From Aplysia californica (lineage: Eukaryota), in NCBI RefSeq assembly GCF_000002075.1, contig NW_004797331.1, positions 544,992 through 608,991 of the forward strand: a stretch of 64,000 nt of DNA, given 5' to 3'. This document shows, one piece after another, positions 49,462 through 60,600 of this stretch (within the stretch, counting starts at the first letter, position 1; every line of letters starts with the position of its first letter). The translations under genes and the position numbers were made by a program. The notes under the pieces were generated by a model. That model saw only the letters and a program-made list of their open reading frames with translations, searched no databases and was not told the origin of the DNA.

Positions 49462-49954
49462 GAAAGTGGCTATTCTCACCCGCCCGGAAGTTCTCGCAAG
49501 ATCTACTCCTCCCCTCTTCTCTCTCTCTCTCTGTCTCTTTCTGAATACTGTCTATCGGTGTGGACGATCAAATTGACCAAAACAAAGTTAAAAAATGATG
49601 TTAAAAGACAAAAGTAAATTAATTTGGTTGTTTACAAAGATGCTACGGCTATTTAACTTTTCGAATCGAGCCGAACTACGCGGGTCGCCATTTTGTTTTG
49701 TTCTCTCTCTCTCCACTGCCCACAGACAAAATTGTACGCTTTTAGTAGGCTACAAGTACAGTTGTAATTGTAATGGAACGTTTGTTCACAGCACAAAATT
49801 CTACAATTTTTCTGTTATCACAGTGCAGAATTCTGTGGGTGAACGCAAAATTTGTTGGCCTAGATCTAAGCTATAACGGTGAACGCGCACCGGGTGAGAA
49901 TAGCCAAAAGACTCGCCTGCACTATTCTCACCCCGGGTGAGAATAGAGGTGGCC
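49462..49954. mobile_element. Mutator-like MITE, 9-bp TSD
   Basis: atacttcgt|gaaagtggctattctcaccc...gggtgagaatagaggtggcc|atacttcgt. Confidence 0.8.
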
Positions 49955-50125
49955 ATACTTCGTGACTTTGTTCCCGGTTACGGTGTCTGTAGATCTAGAT
50001 CTAGATTTCTAGATCTAAATCTATACACTTCGTAATTATTATTATTATTCGTTCTGAACCATGGTAAGTACCATGGGCCTAGGTGATTTAATCGGCCCAC
50101 GAGAGGTCAGGTGGGAGTCAGGCTG

Positions 50126-50271
50126 GGAGGACTTCCGTAACGAGCGACCACTATAAGACAGCAAAATTGAGGGCTTGGGGTAGGGGTAAGGTTAGGGTTA
50201 GGGGTAGGGTTAGGTCTAGGCCTCTTCTTTATTGTGTTTGATGGGGTGGTCGCTCGTTACGGAAGTTACTC
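50126..50271. mobile_element. Small MITE with a perfect 21-bp inverted repeat and a (TTAGGG)-like core
   Basis: acttccgtaacgagcgaccac (50131-50151) vs 50246-50266. Confidence 0.65.
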
Positions 50272-51403
50272 ATCCTGCTTTGGCCGACTTTGGCTTTGAT
50301 CAGCAGGCAGCAGGGTAAATTCTCGTCTCGTGACAGCCAGTCTTACCGCAGCATGTTGAAGTTTAAATGGGATAGGCCTCTCCGATCGAACACAACACAG
50401 ACAACGCTGAGTATTACATCGTGAACGTCGATAGGACCCTGAAATCAATTTAGGAATTTGATATGTTAACTGACTGAATACGAGATGATCAACCCTTGCG
50501 TGTTAGTAAACAAAGGTTTTGAATATTTCCGCCACAACTTCCTATGACGTAGAACGCATAGGGTGTCAAACTAAAATACAAGAATCGTTCATTTGTTTCG
50601 TTGGTTTCTTCTGCTTTTATGAAACAACAGGGATGATTGGAACTGCTGTATTGCAAAGCTGGGATAATTATCCTTATATATTTGTGAACTGTTCTCAGTT
50701 AGTTTTAGTAGTGATATAGATATTAAAGGAATATTTTAGATTGTACGAATTCGTCATATTATTATTCTTTAATTCATGTCTCATGAGCAAACTAAGATTC
50801 TTATTTTTAAAGTCTAAAAAGTCTTTTTAGGTCAAAGGTTACTTTTGTTTTTGTTTTGCTTTCTCCTCGTCTCTAACTCTACACTCTCTCTTTGGCCTAC
50901 CGACGCTACGATTTCAGTTGTAGATCTGAGCCTAAAGAGAGACGCTTGTTCAAGAGCAGTGTTGAATTAACGTGGAATGGGCGGTTTAAAAGTTTGAGGT
51001 AAGTGAAGAACAAGAACAAATTCTGAACACTTTTATTACGAAATTCCAATAGTCGAAGATAGATCTAGGGGCGAAGGCTGACTTGTTGCAAGTTGTTGTT
51101 GTGTGACAGTGGGTAACCAAGTAATACTCAAGTAATCAGTTTGAGTTTGAGACGAAGATCTTGCTGGGGATAAGCCACAAGCACACCCAAAATTTCCCTC
51201 ACTTTTTTTTAGCCCAGTTTCATACGCCTGTATCTCGTGCACAGTAAAATAAATTTTCAAAGTAAGTACCGGTAGGTCTATAAATCCCTTCAAAACAAAA
51301 ACAGAGTATAAAATACCCAATCCAACAGAACTAGATATCTAGATATAGATTTATCTAGATTCTAGATCTAAATGGAAGTAAAAACGAGTTGAAAAATATC
51401 AAC

Positions 51404-52228
51404 GGCTGGATTGTACTTTACCGGACCACCCGTCTTGGCCCGTGATTACTACGCACGCCTAGCCTAACTCATAGTACTGTGCATGCTGACAAAAGGTAGT
51501 TCTGCGGGCGACTTTGCGCACGCACAGCGAAGTCAGCGGCGACTGGCGAGGCGGGGTGAGCGAGAGGTGGTGGTTGAGACTGGGCAGGGGATTTAACTTT
51601 GGTGGACCACCGTGTATCATACCAACTTGTAACCAACAGTGGGGTGGGGGTGGGGGGTTCAGGGGGGCTTGCCCCCCTGGAAACTATAATAAAGAAAACA
51701 CACAAAAATGCGAAACAATAACATGAGCGGACAGTCGTGTTTATATATCAATGGGGGAGTTTCAGGGGGGCTAGCCCCCCTGGCAACAATAATTTAAAGA
51801 CACTCACACACACATATAAACAATAGCATGATAAGTTGCGAGCAGGGCCAATGGGGTTGCAATTATGCAAATGAGCTCTCGTGCGCATCTCTAGCCCTCC
51901 ATTGTACTTTGCCGGACCAGGAGTAGGCCTAGGCCAAGCCAGCAGAGTCGCGAGCAAATAAGAATAGTGGACCACGTGATTAGATTGACCAATTAGCCTC
52001 AAGGTGTCAGGGTCATGGGTCAAAGGGCACAGTGGCACGGTCGTGATGACTGAAAAACCCGGTAAGAGACGTCAGTCGATTGCTGGCAGTTGAAGAGTGA
52101 GGATGTAGAAAACTGAGTAGGAGAGTGAGTAGGGGAGCTCGGAAACGAAGAACAGCGGGCCACTAGGCACCAGGGGCGCCACAGCGAAAGTAGTTCCGAC
52201 CGGTGGTCCGGTAAAGTACAATCTTACC
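51404..52228. mobile_element. Mutator- or hAT-like MITE, 8-bp TSD
   Basis: atatcaac|ggctggattgtactttaccggaccacc...ggtggtccggtaaagtacaatcttacc|atatcaac. Confidence 0.8.
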
Positions 52229-52329
52229 ATATCAACCTCAACAAAGCAGCTTATACATCATGCCCGAATAACGTAAAAAGCATTGGCTGTCAACAGGGCG
52301 ACTTCCCTTTTACTGTTTGTACAGTAGAT

Positions 52330-55300
52330 TTATTCGCCTTTCCCTTTTCGCTGCAAACCTATCAATGATGTAGATACTTCCAGCGTTTCAACAATAGTGC
52401 TCTCAACTGACAGAACCATCTTATGCTTCAGTCGGTCTTGTCCCATCGTTGAGCAAGTGTAGTTTTTTACTTGTCGGAGAACGCTAAACGTACGCTCGCA
52501 ATCAACGCTTGTCAATGACACAGTCACAGCAAGTGACAGCACTGTCGCCACCATCGGCATTGTTGTAAGCAAGTCCAGCGAGTGCATCACAAGCAAAAGG
52601 GACGCAGCATCTGTTGCATCACTCAGCGCCGATCTGACGGCAGTGTCATTGTACAGAATCTGCAGCTGACTACACGTTACAGTGCCTCGAGATCTTTGTC
52701 CGTGACTACAGATCGGTACATGTCGTACAAGCTTTGCGAAATGTTGTCCACTGCAGATAAATTTCTGTTCAAGCGATCAAAATTCCTTGGGTGAATCAGT
52801 TGTACCCACTGATAACTGCCTATGTCCGAGAAGCGGGTCCAGCTCCTTTTTTAAATAATGTGTCTATGATTTCATACCGAACTGACTTTAAACATGTTTT
52901 TTTATACCATTCGTTCTCCCCACTCGCTGTGTAGCCACTGTCTAGCGTATGACGCATGCAAGGGGCCCGAGAGCGCACAGGATGTAAAACTTGCTGTTTC
53001 TCTGACTCGGCTATCAGATTATAAATGGAAACTGTCATCACAGCGCATGCCAGACAAACATGTGACATAGTCTTTTATTTTCAGTTCAACTAAAACAGGA
53101 TCAATATGTTCTTCCGCTGAAGCATCTTTGCCATCGGATCAGAATGGCTGAAGATTCTTTTAAATGTTTTGAGCAAAAAAATGAATTTCTGACGCTGCAT
53201 GCTCACAGGATGACCTTTGGCTTCAGCCCTGGTGACACCATCATATGATGTGTCCCGTGAAACATTGGTCAACACCTTTAAAACGTCAGCGTAGGTACCT
53301 TCCAAAGCAGCTATTGATTTACCCCTGGAAAGCCAACGAGTTGGGCAAGGACAAGGAGCACTCACTTTAATAGCGATGCTCTTTTTGGAGAAGATTTGAA
53401 AAAGTTACACAAATTTTGTACCTCTCCAAAAAACCTGCAGACATCACGGATTTCATCACAGGCTTTTCTGACGAGAGCCCATTTTTATAATGCATAACAA
53501 TGGGAGAAAGGTGCTCTTGGCCACACATCTTGAATGTGCTTCCTGACTGAATTCTTGTGACTGGACATGTTAGCCGCCCCATCGTATGACTGGTTGACAA
53601 TAAGAGTGTGTTAAATAATAAATAATAATAATAATATATAACATTTATATAGCGCATTTCCAAAAAAGTAGCTCAATGCGCTTTACATTGGAATACCCAT
53701 TTTTCAAAAACCTTTCTTACTACTTCCTTTCTTCTCATGCAATACACATTAATGCACACGCACACACACACACACACTCACACACAGACTATTTTCATCC
53801 AGACATAAGAACTGAACAACTATAATGGAAAATAACGTTAAAAGCTTATGAACGATAGGCCTCTAGGAACAGAAAATATTTAAGATGTCTTTTGAAGCTA
53901 TCAAGTGTTTTTATTTGTTTTAGTTTCATTGGTAATCTGTTCCACATAAATGGACCAAGATACGAGAAAGATCTCTCTCCATACATGATTTGTATGATTT
54001 TACAGATGTCACAAGTATGGTGTTATCGTTTGATGATCTTAGGTTTCTTCCTGGCTTATATATACTGATAAGTTCTTGTAGATAAAAAGGAGCAGTTTTA
54101 TTTACACATTTGAAACACATGACGCAGATTTTAAATATTATTCTTTCTTTTACAGGGAGCCAATGCAGTTCTTTTAATAATGGAGTGACATGGTCTCGTT
54201 TTTTAGATCTAGTTATCAGTCCAGCGGCATTGTTTTGAATTACTTGTAAACGATTCAAATAATTGTTGTTCAGACCTGCTAGCAGTGAGTTAGAAGTCTA
54301 ATCTAGATAGGATAAGAGATGTTACCAGTGTTTTTGTGGTCTCTTCGTTTAAGTACTTTCGAACTAGGCCTATCCTTCTCAGCTGAAAATAAAGGGATTT
54401 GGACAAAGATCCCACAAACGAGCCCATTGATAAGTGGTGGTCAATATATGCACAGAGATTCCTGACAACTTCTTTACTAGATGTCATATATAATGAATCA
54501 AAGTTGACACGTTCCAGATCTTTATTTAATCGTGGATTTTTTTATAAGAATGATGTCTGTCTTTTCTTCATTTAGTTTCAATTTGTTTACTTGTACTGTC
54601 ATCCACATTTTAATTTCATAAAAACATTGTTTAGTGATAGAAATCATGTTTGGCAGATGTTTGTTAACAGTAATACCAGTATTTTTCAAACTCTTTAGTA
54701 TCACCGATGACAGGCCTTTAGCTGTTCTATCTTCCGATACATCAACATCTATCAGATGTTCATAAACTTGGGCATTGTGAACTTGTAAGTCTAACGCTCA
54801 ATGTAAGCTGGGCATGATTAGAAATGTCCGTCATTTCATCTGCCATTATTGATATGCACGGTGCACCTGCTATACGAGATTTAAGTTCTTCAAGGGTAGC
54901 ATCAAATATGCATTCAATAAGGTAATTCTGAATTTCCTAACTGAGGCTGCTGAATACTGAATTTTCATTCCTCAAAGCGCAGCACAACTTCTCAGTAGCT
55001 GAGATGTGCGAAAACCAGACAAGTAGCTCAATGAAATTTCCACGGTTGTCACTGCTCTTACTTTCTCTGTGACCTCTAAATCCAAGTCCTTGACACCCCA
55101 GGAAAAGAGCAGCGTCTATGATGGGCAAGCAGTTTGCAATTCTTGCTCACCTCAGCATTATAACGTTCCCTGCTAACACGAACGCCCTTGTTCACAGCTT
55201 CATCTATTCTTACTTTTCCTAGAATTGTCAGAGAGGCTGCAGCTGCAATATGGTCCACACGTTTTTCATGTTTTCCTATCTTATTTGTTAAGTTTCCCAA

Positions 55301-55560
55301 GTCGCTCACACCACTTGTTGTCCACTCATTTATGCCATATTTAAAAAACAAACAAGGAAAACAAAACAACGCTTTCCTGTACTCACAACCGCAAAGCTGT
55401 GTCCTTTCAAACTGGTCTTGAAACCTACATTGTCTCTATCCAAGAAAGATAAAAATAGAGGTAGGCCTACCTCTTTCCTTAGCTGACAGCTTTGCTGAAA
55501 AGTCAAAGCTTCTTGTTTGAATTAAATGCTTTATTTCCGAAACCATGCACATTTTGCTGA
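52330..55560 (-). mobile_element. Decayed hAT transposase (ZMYM1-like), interrupted by an L2 element
   Basis: FCFPCL...W (TTF finger), FRGHRES...NRGNFIELL (DUF4371-like), CPTRW, and CERTFSVLRQVKNY...MGQDRL (hAT dimerisation domain). Confidence 0.9.
53613..54665 (-). mobile_element. L2-clade LINE 3' fragment nested in the hAT element
   Basis: NKLKLNEEKT, LILSRLDF, IQNNAAGLI...HVTPLLKELHWLPV; 3' tail gtaaagcgc...(tat)n. Confidence 0.9.
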
Positions 55561-56221
55561 GATTAGCACCGAAGAATTCCTCTACAATACACGAGAACAC
55601 TGAAAAGCTTTACCACAAATACAAAAAATTAATTATTAACAGCGATTTTTATGCAAGACAATATCATCATCATTGAGTAACTTAACTGTCGAGTCTCAGA
55701 GTTGGGAATGAAAATGAAACAAATTCCGAATTCATAATAAACACCTCCCAAAATAATGGAAAAAATGTCTCATTCCATATTTGTAACTCTGGGCAAAATG
55801 CAATTATAATTTTTTGTTCATCTGGGGTGGACATAACGGTTTTAGAGATAAAAAAAAAAAAATTTAACTAAAAATGTGAATACACAAAATGAAAGAACAT
55901 AGCATTAATATTATTTTAGTAGAAGCTATGATAACAATGCCATTATTAATTTGGTTTCAAATTTGGCAGTCTTGATTTAGCCTTGCCTTGCCAGAAGTCG
56001 GTGCCATAATCACACCATAAGTTTGATTATCGGTGGGAAAAAATCATAGGAAAAAAAAAGCCTGGCCCTCACAGCAGTCAGGCTTATGCTTGGAGTTAGT
56101 CCCCCTCCTCTTTCCAGAATAGACTCGACCAGTTTAATTGTAAGTCTCTATAATCAGTGCTTGTGGCTGCTTTCGGAAGAGGCCTGAAAGGGGGGAAAGG
56201 GTTTAGGTCTATTTTTGGTAT

Positions 56222-56981
56222 TTATGTGGCACTGAGGGCTTCTCGACAAATGTCATTGTCGGCGATTCCTGCCAGTAAGACGTCCCAGGAGGCGTCCTCT
56301 GTGTTGTCAGCATAGACGGACTTGCCACACTGGCCCTGAGCAGAGACTGTGAATTCACCGGTCTCAGCTTTGACCTTCACCCTAGCAGTAAATGTACGAA
56401 AGTTTTCATCTGGGCTTTGCTTCATCTGCATTAGCTCAGCCCGTAGTACTCCTTTGGCTGTAGGAATGACAGCGAGCTTCCGCATCGCCTCCAGGACTTC
56501 GTTGAGACTGCGAGAGGTGATACCGGGGTCTGCTTTGAGCAGTAGGTCACCCAGAGCTTCACTGGCACCTTGGAAGAGTTGGGTTGGAGCGGAAGAGTCA
56601 CTGATTGCAGATCCATTCTTGAAGGCTTCCCATCTCCGGCAAAGGCATTCCATGTTTCTTGGTTGATGCCAATATCAATCCTTGACTGACCTCTGGGGTT
56701 TTGACCCCTTTGAGAAAGCTGCAGTTAGACTAGGGAGAAGGCATGTATGTTCAGCAACGCGGAGACCACTGTGGGGTCCTGGTCTAGCATTGTATACACG
56801 CAGCCAGGTGCAAGGCAAGAGACAAAGACCATTATGGAGGAGAAGCCTTGGTTCGTGGAGTCGGTGGCATGGGCACTTCGGCACTCAGTACTTCGGCGGT
56901 GGCAGAGCAACAAACAGCGGATATACGCGCAGAAAAATGGCGGATTCAGGTTAAACGGAGAAGCTAACGAAGCTGCTTTGA
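56222..56981 (-). mobile_element. Gypsy-like LTR retrotransposon gag fragment
   Basis: CLAPGCVY...ALLNIHA, RRWEAFK, MKQSPDENFRTFTARV, DVLLAGIADNDI; frameshifted. Confidence 0.75.
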
Positions 56982-57231
56982 TGTCGTCTTGAAGAATGAC
57001 TCGTCACTTGTCGGATAATGTCAATGAACTTTTAATGATTCAATGAGGGTACAAGTGATGACGACACCAACTGAAATGAAATGGAAGACAGTGATAAAGA
57101 ACAGAATGAAATGATGAGTGATCAAACTGACAAATGAAACTACATGCATGAGTCAAGTCCCCAATGGACACAGAGTGATAATGTTGATAGGACATGAACT
57201 GAATATGAGTAATACTAATAATACAGCTACA
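56982..57231 (-). mobile_element. Putative 5' LTR of the Gypsy fragment
   Basis: Minus strand TGTAG...CGACA, about 250 bp with an ATTAAA, directly upstream of gag. Confidence 0.5.
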
Positions 57232-57613
57232 GGGAGGCTATTCAGACTCGAGTCCGAATAGCTACTTTGTTATTAAAGCTTGTGTTCAGAACGATCAAAC
57301 TGGTTCTGCGGCTTCTTAATGTCAATTCTGAGGTGTAGACCACTTCAAGTGTTTGAAAGAAAAAGATAATTTTATAAATTATATTACTGGGTTTTTGCCT
57401 CTGTTAGTTCATTGGATCCTAATTGCTTACTTTCAATTTCAAAATAGATGTCATGAAAAAGATTTTTGTTAATAGGCCCTTGTAGAGTTTTTATTGTTTT
57501 AAATTTGAAGATCACTTCTGAGCTGTGGAATTTAGAAAATGTATCTTGTTGCTTAAATTTTTTCAGCCTGAGTGGAGGACTGCTGTGAACAGCCTTTATT
57601 ATAATAGCAGATC

Positions 57614-60600
57614 ATGGTGAAAGCTGAAACAGTCAGGCACACGTTGCCATATGTTGCAGCAGCAGTGGGATCATGGTACTTTTACAAGTTGTTCATCAGG
57701 CCCTTCTTGTCACCTCTGCGGAAGGTAAGTTACGAGTATATGTACCATGAAATTACTAAGTGTTTTAATGTTAAAGACATAAAATTAACATTCCACCATT
57801 ATTTTTTTTTCAGTGATCATGGAATGGATGTTTCTTATATTTGTGGAAGTTGTGCATGTTAATTTTATATGTTTAATAAACTGAATGATGGAGGCTTAGC
57901 TGACAAATGGTGAGATATACAAAAAATGATGACACCATGATCACCAACCACTAGTCATATATAAATTTATTGTTTTATAACTCTTTCCTCGGTGATCTAA
58001 AAAGTAAATGTTGTTTCCATCTTTGTATTCATTCTTTTAACTCTGTTAAGGCACTCATGGAGTGGAGTCAAGCATTATTTATATGGACAACCTGTACTTG
58101 TTTCAAGGGATGACACCTGATTGTTTTTATCTAATATATGCATGAAAATGATGGACCTCGGGATACACAGGAAACTTTATAAATGGATCTAGTTTTTCCT
58201 AGCGTAGCGAATCGAAACAAAGGTGAACACTGCCCACTCGTCAAGAGAAGTACTCGAGGAAGGCCAACCCCAAAGTTCCTGTCTGAGTTGCACTTTGTTC
58301 CTAATCTTCTTTTATTGATGTGACGAACGTGCTGAAATCAGAAAAGACTCTCTGCGCTGATGATCTTGCTCTCTGGCAAACACATCACAGCACGGTTGTA
58401 GGAGCAGGAAAATTAAATGAAGACATCAAGAGGCTCCACAATTATTATCAGAAATGGAAGCTCAAAATACACTGCACAAAAACAGTATACACCATCTTTA
58501 CAAAGAGCCATAAAACAGCCAAAGAAAAACTCCAACTGAAGATAGGAAATGAAAATCTCCCCGAAGAAGAACAATCAACGTACCTAGGAGTCAAACTTGA
58601 CCAAAGTCTAAGAATGAAAAGCCAAGTGGAGAGCATAAAGAACAAGGCGAAAAGAAGACTCCAACTTTTAAAGAAACTCGCAAGCAGTCCATGGGGATCA
58701 GACAAACAAACTCTGAGAGCTCTGTACCTCGGTTATGTCCGATCTTCCCTGGAATACAGCAATAGCCTAATCACTATGTGTAGTGCAACTACTTGCAATA
58801 CCCTTGAGAAGGTCCAAAATAATGCTCTTCGTTTCATAAACGGTGGCATGAGATCTACACCTACCTCCGCATGTGAAATTCGTTCAAATGTTGAACCCCT
58901 GGGAATTCGCAGAGATAGAGCAGATTTGGAGTTCCATGAAAGAACCAAAAGAATGTGCCCCAACCACCCAAACTGGAAATTAGTAGAAAAATGGAAACCA
59001 AAGATGCGACTTCAACAAAAATCAATCATGCATTGCATCACAGAACTAATGGAGAGCCACCATCTACCACAAGACAGAAGAGAAACCAAAGGAGTCAACC
59101 AAAACATCCCTCCCCACATTTCTATGGAAAAGCAATCATTACAACATCTCTCAGAGACAATAGCGCAAAATCTTCAGACCCAGTGAAGTTGATGCTTGCA
59201 TCACATCAAACGATCAACAGCTATTCAGATGACTGGATACACAATCTATACAGATGGCTCAGTATTCAAAGGCACAACCAAAGCTGGATATGGAATACTA
59301 ATACAGTACCCAGATGGAAGTTCCAATGAGATCTCCTCTGCCTGTGGAGAGAAATGCAAAAACTATGATGCAGAAATGATAGCAATTGAAACAGCACTAT
59401 ACCATCTCCGCACAGTTTTTGACTCTCATCCAAACAAAACAAAGAGTGTAGTGATCTTCACTGACTCACTATCACTTTGCAAGCAATAGAAAATGACCGT
59501 CATCTAAACGAAGACTTGACACATGTACTGTTTGGCTCCCATCACCTGATAACATCCTGTGGCATCAACCTGGTGATGCAGTGGATTCCCGGACACTCAA
59601 ACATACCTGGAAATGACAGAGCAGACACACTTGCCAAAAGGGGATCTAGACAGGAACAACCCAACGTTCCAACTTCATACAATACTGCAAAACAAATCAT
59701 TAAAAGCAACAGCAAACACGATTGGATGAACAGATGGGCCTTGGGAAAGACAGGAAGAGCAGTTTTCAAACATATGACTACAACAAAACGAAATGACAAT
59801 ATCACCCACCTACAGAGAAAGAAACAGATCACGATCTTCCGCCTACGAACAGAACATATACAGCTCAACTTTCACTTGAACAGAATAAAACCAGAACTTC
59901 CCCCAATGTGTCCTTTGTGTGACTATGCATGTGAGACGGTGGAACATCACCTTTTCCACTGTACAGCCCTAAATGACATCAGAGCTACACTTCTCCCTCC
60001 GAGACCTAACTTTGACAACACACTCTACGGAACATTACAGCAACTGCAGCAAACCTGCACTTGTTACTACATGGCATTGGACAGAAGGGCGAGAGCCCAG
60101 ATGTTGCTGGATGAATAACAACAACAACAACAACATTTAATATATGCTTATAATAGTTTTTGTTTACAAAAGGAGTATGTGTGAAACTTATCAACAATAC
60201 ATTTGAAAAAAATAAAATGTCTGTTGTGTGAAAAGCACAACGAAAATTAAAAGGAAAACGTTACTGGTCTGAAGTAGAAAAAAAAAGTGTAATAACCTAG
60301 AAACAGCCTTAAGGATTTGTTTTTGTTGCAGATGCCTGGAAGACCTTACAAACCTTTGATTGGTAACATGTTCGAAGCTCTTAAGGAAGAAGCCTTGAAT
60401 AGCACTATCAGGCAAGTAGAAAAAAATGTCTAGCCTTTTTCTGTCAAAATAGATATAAGAATTAAAAAATCATCAGATTGTTTGGCAATGTTATGAATCA
60501 AGCATTCATTAATGTACTTTTTCTTTCTTTTGGATAAATTCAGTGGATAATTATATTGTCGCAGAAGATAATAATAACAGCAAAATGGATAACGACATAC

